DNA of 62,764 bases, filler included, from Dugesia japonica (Eukaryota): NCBI GenBank assembly GCA_001938525.1. It is 5 parts of 5 records of this genome, joined end to end, with 100 filler letters (N's around TTAATTAATTAA, not from the genome) between each part and the next. Parts side by side here need not be neighbours in the genome. Positions count along the whole stretch, not along the records: positions 23,491 to 32,781 come from MQRL01592025.1; positions 32,882 to 42,133 come from MQRL01644729.1; 3 more parts are not named here. One strand, written 5' to 3'. Shown piece by piece: positions 27,589 through 38,412 of the stretch; position 1 is the stretch's first letter; every line of letters begins with the position of its first letter. A model generated the notes under the pieces. That model was not told where the DNA came from. It worked only from the letters and a program-made list of their open reading frames with translations, and made no database searches. The translations under genes were made by a program, and so were the position numbers.

Positions 27589-29938
27589 CTGATTTCCTCG
27601 CGTCAGCCCGTTTTATCTCACCTAGGATAGATAGATTATTTGGCTCTCGATTAGCCGGCGAATCATGATGCTTATTTAATTATCTGGGCTTTCTGATTGG
27701 CTGCTATAGTCCTGAATTCGGTGTGCATACCTCAGTGTTTCTGCACACGAACTCAGACTTTTGAATTCTGGTAAATCTCGGTCATCACCTCATTTGACCT
27801 ATGTGATGCATCTGTTAGTTTCTAGGCAAAGTCCTTGTCTGAACGTCTGGCGAATAATCAGTTTCTTTGTTTATGTATGACTGCTATCATCAGATTCAGA
27901 CAAGGCAAAAAGATGACTGGACCAAAATTTACTTAATTCTCAAATAATATTAAACGCTAATTAGCGTTATTTATAATAAATAAAACGGGTTGTAGAGGTA
28001 CTTCTAATATATAATTATATTATTGTAGATTATTTTTATTATTTAATTCTTCATTCTCTTTCAGCTCTTATAAATTCTATTTCCGTATGATAAAATTTGG
28101 GTCCTCTACGCCCGAGTTTCGATATTTTGACAACTAATTTTATAATAATNNNNNNNNNNNNNNNNNNNNNNNNNNNNNNNNNNNNNNNNNNNNNNNNNNN
28201 NNNNNNNNNNNNNNNNNNNNNNNNNNNNNNNNNNNNNNNNNNNNNNNNNNNNNNNNNNNNNNNNNNNNNNNNNNNNNGGGACTACAATTTCTATTTCTGA
28301 ATGTGTTTTAGCCCAACAAATTAAAGAAAGTTCTAAAGATTGAATTTGTTAATAAATAAATAAAATTTCGTTTATGAAAAATTAAATAAATAAAATTCTT
28401 TTGATCTAAGCTTTTATATTATTTTGTTAAATTCATTTCGTTTGATTGAATATTAAATCANCAANTAAACAGAAAAACAGAAAATTTTGATTTCTGAAAT
28501 TAAATAAATGAAAATAGAATAACATAATAGAAAAATAAAATAATAAGACTAATTCACCAATTTGATATTTATAACCCTACTTCTACAGTTTCGTAAAATA
28601 AAATTAATAAAAAGAGATGATAAGATACATTCAGGGTCAGCAGATAATATACATATTGTCAGGTATTATAATGTCGATTGTCACACAAATATTGAAACTG
28701 TTGATCACTGATTTGGTTGATTTGGTAAAAATCTTGTCTGGAATCATTTGATTGATTTGATTCGAATATTATATTTTGTGTGTTATGTGTGCGTGCTTAT
28801 ATATTTATTATTGTGTATATTGTAGATTTATGAATATGTGTTTAAGGTTATTTTTCCCCAACATGAAAAGAAGATGCCATGATCAACCGCTACTAACAAT
28901 TCATCCTATAATTGTATTCACACGAACACTCGATTGTCTGATATCTAGATTTGATTGAAAATGAACAATGCTGTGATTTAATATTTATTATTCAATAAAC
29001 ATATTGGTTTATTGACGTTTATTTTACTTATTTTATTTATATAGAAGAGTGTGTGTTAGGTATGATCAATCAAGAGCTTCTATCGCTTTATGTAGATTAA
29101 TTAATTTATTTTGAACTCAAAGTGTATGGGTACACACCTTCACTTCCCGGAGGATTCANNNNNNNNNNNNNNNNNNNNNNNNNNNNNNNNNNNNNNNNNN
29201 NNNNNNNNNNNNNNNNNNNNNNNNNNNNNNNNNNNNNNNNNNNNNNNNNNNNNNNNNNNNNNNNNNNNNNNNNNNNNNNNNNNNNNNNNNNNNNNNNNNN
29301 NNNNNNNNNNNNNNNNNNNNNNNNNNNNNNNNNNNNNNNNNNNNNNNNNNNNNNNNNNNNNNNNNNNNNNNNNNNNNNNNNNNNNNNNNNNNNNNNNNNN
29401 NNNNNNNNNNNNNNNNNNNNNNNNNNNNNNNNNNNNNNNNNNNNNNNNNNNNNNNNNNNNNNNNNCAATAACACCAAATCGAAAATCCACAAAGGTTTAT
29501 ATGAATATTGACAATATATAATTTTCAAAACAAAATAAATTTTCGACAAAGCTTGGCGAATGTAGGTTTATCAAAAATGATAGTTTATTTTATAAGATCC
29601 TCAGAAAGTATATTGTTGTTCTATAATGTAGTAATTGAGAAAAAAAATAAAATAAAAATATGAATTTGAAGCTACAAAAGCTCAGAATGAAAAACACATT
29701 TCATAAATGTAAATTTGAATGTATAGAATATTGTAAATAAAATTGTAAAAACAAATTATGTAAAATAAAAATAATGAAATAAACAATTAAAAATTGATTC
29801 ATGATAATAAAAGTGCATCTAATAGGGAAAACATAAATGATAATTGATATAAATTGATATATTCAAAAACCTCAAATCATCATTAATAATGCGAGATATA
29901 TGGGGATTACCGACTATTTTGAGAGGAAATTGAGTTAT

Positions 29939-30842
29939 TTTAAATTTTAAAGGGGTTCGAACCCAAACCCTCTGTTGATAGCGAAAATGTAGAGTTTGCG
30001 TGCGACCAATGAAATATCGACTTAACCAAATTATTTGATTGGATAATTGTCTTATGAATTTTAGTTGATGAAATATTTTATTGGAGAATACTTTTAAAGT
30101 CAATTTTGAGTGTGTTAAATTATTATTGGTTGGTACGGTTAATTGTTAGAAATTTGTGTAAAGTCGATATGTATGTGTGCATAGAAAGTACTATATAAAT
30201 GAATGCANTATTTGTAAAATCCAGAAGTTTTGTGAAAAATATTTGAGTGGAATTTTGTGTCAAAATTTTTGAGTGAATTTTCGAGTGGAAATTTGTGTAG
30301 AATTTTTATTAAATCAATAAAATCTATTTGAAGATTTTATTCTATTCGATTTACAGTAATAATTANNNNNNNNNNNNNNNNNNNNNNNNNNNNNNNNNNN
30401 NNNNNNNNNNNNNNNTTTAAATTTTAAAGGGGTTCGAACCCAAACCCTCTGTTGATAGCGAAAATGTAGAGTTTGCGTGCGACCAATGAAATATCGACTT
30501 AACCAAATTATTTGATTGGATAATTGTCTTATGAATTTTAGTTGATGAAATATTTTATTGGAGAATACTTTTAAAGTCAATTTTGAGTGTGTTAAATTAT
30601 TATTGGTTGGTACGGTTAATTGTTAGAAATTTGTGTAAAGTCGATATGTATGTGTGCATAGAAAGTACTATATAAATGAATGCATTATTTGTAAAATCCA
30701 GAAGTTTTGTGAAAAATATTTGAGTGGAATTTTGTGTCAAAATTTTTGAGTGAATTTTCGAGTGGAAATTTGTGTAGAATTTTTATTAAATCAATAAAAT
30801 CTATTTGAAGATTTTATTCTATTCGATTTACAGTAATAATTA
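29939..30842. repeat. ~427 bp direct duplication either side of an N gap
   Basis: 29939-30365 is essentially identical to 30416-30842; probably an unmerged scaffold overlap. Confidence 0.85.
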
Positions 30843-31547
30843 CTTTTTTTGGAAACTAAATTGACAAAGACGTGACCTATTGATCATAGTCTAAGTTGAA
30901 TTAAATTGAGATTGGAGTCCAAGTGTCGTGTATACCCCGACAATACAATTGAATACTTTAATGATTTTACTTGGCTCACTTAAAATCCAGTGTGATGATT
31001 ATAAATTCCCAATTTTCAAATCAATTATTTGTGGGATTTAAAGTCTATATAGTTCCCCTAGGTTGTATGTTCTTAGTATTTCTGAATTATTTGAATGTGT
31101 TACAAAATTAAATGTTTTAAAATCAAACTTTGTTTCATTAACATCAATAGTAAAATTAATTTTTAAAATTTCTTTTAAATTCAAAATCTAAAAATTTATA
31201 TTAATAGAACCAAAATTATTTTTCTCTAAATGTTTCAGCAATAATGAATTTAATGAAGTTAAATATTTTATTATTAACTAAACAAATTTATTTAATTACT
31301 TATCATTTACTAATTTTTCTATACACTCATTATTTTACCTTTAAATGTACTACTAGAGTAACTTAACATTTCATTAATTTTACTTAACATTTAATTAGTA
31401 CCCATTATTTTTTATTATTTATTATTTATTAATTATTTAAATTAATGAACTTAAATATTTTATTATTAAGTAAAGTAGTTTAATTGTTCAAGTATAAATA
31501 TACGAAATTTAAATTTAAAATTTAATTATTTAAAATTACTTATAAAA

Positions 31548-32749
31548 ATGAGTCAATTACCAAGATACGAATCAAATGATGACGAAATGGATTTTTTATG
31601 AACTGAGAATGTAAGAAATAAGAGTAGAAAAGTGAGAGATAAGTGGATTTTATGCAATAAGCATAACAATGCAAATGAAGCTACATTGTTTATCAAAAGT
31701 GAAAAAATATGGTCTTATTTCTACACAAATAAAACAACAGATGGAGATAAAGTTACTTATAGATAAAATAAAGTAAAAGCACATGAAACACAATGTAAAG
31801 CTCAACTATATTTATTATATCATGCTGAAAATGAAGATATTTCTGTGTATAAAACTACATGTAAAAATACCTGTAATGGTAGAAAAAATATTGGTTTACG
31901 AGATGACGTGAAATTATTCATAAACGAACAAATTAAGAGTGGTGTGAATAAACCAAAAACAATTTTATCAAACATTGAAAGAAATGGTTGGCAAGTTCCA
32001 AAAACAAATCAACTTAATAATTATTTAAAGCAATATCGTGAATAAAACTTCGGTGTTTCAACTATTAGTATGGGTGAATTAAAAAGATGGTGTGAATCAA
32101 AAAGTATATTTATTTATGCATTTATTTTATATCATGAAATTTGCGATAATGATGAGTGTGAGGTAAATTAAATAGACAGATTGATTCGGGGAATTTTTTT
32201 TTGGCAAATCAATAAAAAAGTAATAATTTNNNNNNNNNNNNNNNNNNNNNNNNNNNNNNNNNNNNNNNNNNNNNNNNNNTTCGGTGTTTCAACTATTAGT
32301 ATGGGTGAATTAAACAAATGGTGTGAATCAAAAAGTATATTTATTTATGCATTTATTTTATATCATGAAATTTGCGATAATGATGAGTATGAAGATATAG
32401 AGGATATATAAAATGATGATCAAAATTCAAAACAATATGTTCGTTTTTGTATTACTGCAAAACGTTTACTTCAAATTGCTTCAATTTCAACAGCAGTTCA
32501 CGCAGATACTACTTATAAATTGAATTGACAGGGTTATCCAGTATAAATAACAGGTACAACTGATGCAGATAGAAAATTCCATGCATTTTGTCTTGCAGTG
32601 TGCAATTGCGAAAAAGCAGCTGATTATAAATTTTTATTTGAAATGGTGTCAAAAATATTTATAACAAGGAATTCAAACCAAAAGTCATAATAGCAGACGC
32701 ATCATAGAAATGGTTTTGAAGCAGTTTTTGGAAATAATTACAAACGTAT
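31548..32749 (+). mobile_element. Mutator/MULE transposase pseudogene
   Basis: AVHADTTYKLN*QGYPV, GTTDADRKFHAFCLAV, FKPKVIIADAS, NGFEAVFG; has stops and frameshifts, and is cut at 32750. Confidence 0.85.
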
Positions 32750-32781
32750 TGTTGAGGTTCCACCTGAGTTGAGTGACACGA
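32750..32781 (-). mobile_element. End of a third copy of the TGTT..AACA element, inserted in the MULE
   Basis: TGTTGAGGTTCCACCTGAGTTGA matches the reverse complement of 10516-10538 (TGTTGGGGTTCCACCTGAGTTGA) at 22 of 23 positions. Confidence 0.85.
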
Positions 32782-32881
32782 NNNNNNNNNNNNNNNNNNN
32801 NNNNNNNNNNNNNNNNNNNNNNNNNTTAATTAATTAANNNNNNNNNNNNNNNNNNNNNNNNNNNNNNNNNNNNNNNNNNNN
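32782..32881. other. Artificial contig spacer
   Basis: N44-TTAATTAATTAA-N44. Confidence 0.97.
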
Positions 32882-32964
32882 AATAACTGAAAAAACCATA
32901 AAACTCATTTTTCGGACCTGGAAAAAATTCACCGATTTTCGACGGTGGGGGCGATACACTGGTT

Positions 32965-33255
32965 TTGACAACTACTATTGGTACTTTGAATTCATCTTTA
33001 ATAAAATATAAAAAGAAGAAGTATAAAAATTTAATTCATGAATTAGAAACTGTTCAAAATAAATTATTTTTATTTCAGCAAAAACCTTTATCTGACGACA
33101 TTTTAACTGATGAAGAAATTTCAATAAGCAAAAATATGGTTAAACAAGTTAAAGATTTAATTTCCTATGAAAATAAAATTGAAAGTAAAATTTTAAAAAA
33201 ACTAGAAGAACAAATCGAAAATCAACAGAAAATAATTACTAAATTAAAGAAATAA
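32965..33255 (+). CDS. Small coiled-coil ORF convergent with PolB copy 2
   Basis: Open K/E/Q-rich frame of 96 codons; start uncertain. Confidence 0.35.
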   Translation: MTTTIGTLNSSLIKYKKKKYKNLIHELETVQNKLFLFQQKPLSDDILTDEEISISKNMVKQVKDLISYENKIESKILKKLEEQIENQQKIITKLKK

Positions 33256-33492
33256 TTTTTATTTTGAATTCCTGAAATGGGATTTACCCTTTAAAATCTC
33301 CCAAATTACAATTTAATTTTAATTGTACCTGCAGGCACAGGTTTTTATATTTTAAGATAAGAATTGTTCGTTTTTTAAATTTTATATTAGAATAAGCAAG
33401 AAAGGTAAAGAAATGCCATTTCTATTTTGAATTTCTCATTTTTACCCTTTAAAATCCCCCAAATTACAATTTAACTTTATTTATATTAAATT

Positions 33493-36400
33493 TTAATTTA
33501 ATTTTCCTTTTAATTTATCTAATCTTAAATGCCACTGATTACAAACTTCACATTTAAATTTATTTCCATGAGGCCATGTTCTTATTCCATTATCTTCTAT
33601 TAATCTTTTGTCGTCATATCCTGTTAAAGCAATCTTTTTTTGCTCAAATAATTCAATTTCATGCTTATTTGATTTTAAACTATGATTAGTTCCATATATT
33701 ATTTCTTTTGGGTTACTTAAAACTTTATCATAATGTTCCATTTCTATTTTATTAGTTTTAGAAACTCCTTTATGTTTTGTTTCTATATTTCGGGTGTCGC
33801 CCCCGGCTTGAGCTACGCGATCCTGAATAATATAACTTTTTGTTTTAATAAAATTACATTTAACTATTTCAAAATTTGGTTTTTCATCTTTCATCTCAAA
33901 TAAATTATTTCCTAATAAACTTGTTACTTTGTTTAAATTCTCTTGTCCAATTATTTCTACAAAAATTGAATCTGTATCTGAATAATGTATTTTATGTTTA
34001 TTTGGTTTTGCTTTATCCATCTGATTATAAATAAAGTGGTAAATTACTTCTTTAGCATATTCTAAAATAGTAAATCCTATGTAAGGAAATTTATTATATT
34101 TTAATTTTGTTTNNNNNNNNNNNNNNNNNNNNNNNNNNNNNNNNNNNNNNNNNNNNNNNNNNNNNNNNNNNNNNNAACTAAATATTTTACTAGATTTAAA
34201 ACTAATTTTACTTGCAAACGTTTGATAATCTTTATCTGAATCTACAATTACAACATTATATCTATTTCTAATAATTTCTAATGTTTTTCCATAGAAAGCA
34301 TTATTTAATAATTTAAAAAAGTAATCTCCAAAAACATTGTTATTTCTTTTTGCTTCATTTCTTTGATCAATATTAAATTGAATGTAATCTTTTAACCAAG
34401 GTTTTGTTGGCATTTTATATTTAGAATGTACTTTTAATATTTTCATTCCTATAGATAAATATAAATCTAATGTTGATCCTAAAATAATAAAATTTTGTTT
34501 GTCAAATTGATTTAATGTTAATTTAATATTTTTCTTGCTCAACTTTTTATCAAAAAATAATTGATAAGGAGCCAACATTTCTTTTGTAATATTTAATGGA
34601 TCTGGTGCTAATGGAAAGTATTTTGTCTTTTCATGAATTTCTTGTGGATATTCCAAATCTACTTCATAAATGTAATTTATTTTATCTGATGATTTAGTAT
34701 AATTTAAGTCTCTGCATTCATAGATTTCTCCAGTTGGTAAGGGTTTAGTCATACAAGATGCAAATAATGAATTTTCATCTAAATATTTTAAAAAAGTTTC
34801 TTCTTTCCAATTTAAGGGATAAGTTTTATTTTTAATAAATGAAAATAATATATCTCCAACTTGTGCTTTGTTTAATTGTCTAGTTCTTCCAAATCTATTA
34901 TTTGATTTTTGGTTTTTTGAAAATACTTGCCTCTCTCCACAAACTCCTGAATATCCTCCTCTATCTCCTCTTTCAATTTTAATAAATCTGTCATAAGTTT
35001 CTTTTTGTGCATATTTTAATTTTACTTGAGTAAATTTAATTCCAGAATTCCAAGTTAGACCCGGAGTTGAATAACAATAACCGGAATCAATTTGATAATT
35101 ATTTAAACATGTTTCTCTAAAATTCTCAAAGAAATCAGCTAAAATAATTACATCTAGTTTCATGTAATGCAACATATAATCCCATAAATTATTAAAACGT
35201 TGGAAATCTTGTATAAATTCATTGTATTCTTCAGTTATTTTTTTTGTCTAAATATATTATTAAAATCTTCTTTTGTTGGAACTTGGTTACTTTTTAATAA
35301 TTCAATGACTTGATTAATATTTTCTCCTTTGGAAATGCTATTTTCTTTGCTTTTAAATTAAATGATTTTAGATGATTATAATTATTAGATTGATTTAACA
35401 TTTCNNNNNNNNNNNNNNNNNNNNNNNNNNNNNNNNNNNNNNNNNNNNNNNNNNNNNNNNNNNNNNNNNNNNNNNNNNNNNNNNNNNNNNNNNNNNNNAG
35501 TATGAGGAATTATCTTTTTAACTTTACTCGGATATTTACTAATTAATTCTTTGAAAAACAGATGATTATCATGACCAGATGCATTGTGAAAATAAAAAGG
35601 TATAAATAAATTCTTTATACATTTATCTTGTAAATTACATTTTGAATGAGAATTCCCTATTAAAGTGATCGTGATCAATTATTTCTTTATTACAATATTT
35701 GCATTTTAAGTGAGCTTGTAGGTGAGCTTGCTCACCTTCCCCAAGTTTAGGAACCTCTCCATTATAATATTTAATTAATTTATTTTCTTAAATATCTTTT
35801 AATTTATTATTTAATTCATTTAAAAATTCAAAGAACTCTTCATGAATATTTTCTCTTAAAAATTCTTTTTATTCATTTTCCGTTAAATTTGGATATTTAC
35901 TCACTACATAAATTCCAAGTGATAAAGGTTTTTGTTTCTTTGTATTAATATTAGTCCAACTTTCAAAGTCACCATAAACTACAAAAGGTAATTTGTTTTT
36001 GTAATAATAATTCTGATAATAATAACTAAAATGTTTTGAAAATATTATGTTTGATATTTCATGATTAATACATTCTTTCTGATGATTAATTAATAAATCT
36101 TTGCTATAATAACAATTCATACATCTAATATACAAATGATTTTGATGACTGTTTGTTGAATGAAATACTTCTACATTTCTACATAAAATAAAATGGTTTT
36201 TATAAACTAATAAATTACATTTATTCTGCTCTGGTTTGAGTTGAGTTTCATAATGAGAAATATATAAAGGTTCAAGTTGTTTAGACTCAGTTACAATAAA
36301 TACATTTACTTTAAAATCATTTAATTTTCCAAATTTTTTAACATAATCTATATTTACTGGAAATTTTATTCCATGGGACCCTTTGGAATTGGTTTTTATT

Positions 36401-37330
36401 TCATCTAAATATGGAATACATTTTTCAACTCTAGTTTGATGATCTTTAAATTCATGTTTATGTGCTAAAATTGAATATAGAAAACATTTTTCATCTTTAT
36501 TTTCAATATTAATTACTCCTGATTTAGAAAAAGGTCATTTACGATAAGATGATTTCCCTCCAGCCAAAGATTGATATTTTGATAATTCAATTTTATAATC
36601 AACAATATAATTTAAATTCCATCCAGATTCATTTCTATCTTCATCTTCCATAAATCTTTGAAGTTGATTTAAAATTTCAACAACACCTTCATTAATTCCA
36701 CTTGAAATTGTTTATTATTTGAATATGAATTCAAAATTCTTTCAACATTTTCACCATGAGACCCTTTGGGATTTACATCTTTATTATAATGAAAATTTAC
36801 ACTCATTCGAACAATAATCTTTTTCCCATAATTGAAATACTTGGTAATAATTTCTTTGATTTCAGTTTGAAATTCATTAATCATTTTTACTGGTCTTTCC
36901 ATTTGTTCAACATTTCTAGTTAATTCAACTTTACTTTCTTTAAAATATTCAATTTCATAGTTTTTGTATATTCTAAAAATACCTCAAATTTCTTGATCAT
37001 AATCAATTGCTTCTTCCCCATGTAATTCATAAATAATATTTTGTTGACCATTTCTTTATGTTTATTTGAATTTAAATGTGCTTTTGCATGATTTTGTCTT
37101 GAAAACATTTTGTTACAAACTTCACAATACAACGGAACTTTCTCTGAATTACCACAATTAGTGGAATTCAAATGTTTAGTCAAACCCCTCATAGATCTAA
37201 AAGTATTTAGACATTTTGAACAAGTAAATATTGCTCTGTCTAAAAGACAACATCTTGATCTTACATGTGCTGATAATCCTGATTTATTTTTAAAAACCAT
37301 TTTACAAAGATTATTAGGACAAATCAACTG
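33493..37330 (-). pseudogene. Polinton PolB copy 2, near full length, frameshifted in the N-terminal half
   Basis: Three N-terminal zinc fingers; ESGWNL and DEKCFLYSI; VVYGDFES; DHDH..SHSKCNL; FHNASGHD; then a 560-aa ORF with YLDENSLF, KLLNNAFYGK, YSDTDS, KHKGV, YDDKR. Confidence 0.95.
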
Positions 37331-38412
37331 AGTGCTAGATATTTTAAGTATAAACAATTTAGTTGACTAATTTTTTCTCCTGTTTTAACTTGGTTAATTT
37401 TATTTTCCAATAGCTCATAATTCAAAAAATCAAACCCAAAAGGACCCACCAAAAGACATATAACGAGTAATGGGAAAAAGGCGCTTTTACGACAGTGAAT
37501 TATCGTTATAATGTGCATTGGCATTAACAATCACAATTACACACCAAGCCCATGACAAATCCAAGCCAAAAACAGAGCTCAAGCTTTAAAGGCTTTATTT
37601 ATTAAAGTTGTTCCACTAATACCAAACTTTCTTTCCCTGGTAATGATCTTCCTCTTTTTCCTAATCACTGCTTAATTTCTGTTCCCCTGGTAATGAACTT
37701 TGTTATAGTACTAACGTTTATGCCGTTTGCTCGATTTTGAAGCTACCCCACTGGCGTAAAAGCTACCCCATTACTAATATCGTTTATGAAATGGCATGGA
37801 AGAACTATTATTCCAAAAATTATTTCAGTGGTTTATCGTTGAATTTTGAAGATTATCTCAACAAATGTAAATGTTGCCAATAGTCTGTTAAATTTATTCT
37901 CTCTTGAACTATTTATCGATGCAATGGAGGAAATATCAAACAATGAAATTATACTTTATCGCCATAAATTAGAAGAAACATAACAAGGCGGTCTACAAGC
38001 TCTTATTCAAATCCTATTTCTGGATAGTCTTGTAATACTCAGAAGAATAGAATTAATAGATAAGCTGAAATTTAATTCAGATTCATTGGAAAACATGACA
38101 TTTCTAATAGATAATTTAGTAAAATTTCCTAAACTTGAATTGTCAACGGTTGTAAATGAATTTTATGAGAATGCAAAAAAATTATTAATCAAAGAATTTA
38201 ATGACGATTTAAGTTATTCAAGTTCAGAACCAATAAATCAAACTCAAATGAATATAAAATTAAAGGCATCAACAATTGCAGTAAGACAGAAATATGGATG
38301 CAAAATGGAAAGAGATCCAAATACTTTAAGTAATCTTGGTTGCTTTAATAATCTATTTTAATATTATAATTTCAGTTGCCAAATGTCATGCAGAACAATT
38401 ATTGGAACATCG

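Larger units (their letters stand above)
23599..28318 (-). mobile_element. Second ~4.7 kb TGTT...AACA element with AATT target-site duplication
   Basis: The minus-strand start TGTTGGGCTAAAACAC (28318) matches TGTTGGGCTGAAATAC (6221). The other end is TGTTAG at 23599. AATT at 23595-23598 and 28319-28322. Genes lie in the same relative orientation as in the first copy. Confidence 0.72.

Noticed and set aside
29819-30580. Two identical ORFs (MTLKVFSNK...) suggesting a gene duplication
   Set aside because: They come from a near-perfect duplication across an N gap, likely an assembly overlap, and show no protein motif.
32049-32395. ~110 bp duplication within the MULE transposase
   Set aside because: It flanks a gap with a few SNPs; probably two haplotypes or copies scaffolded together.
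37790-38400. Degraded plus-strand coding-like stretch between PolB copy 2 and the AGTAGTAG terminus
   Set aside because: Interrupted by stops and lacking any identifiable motif.
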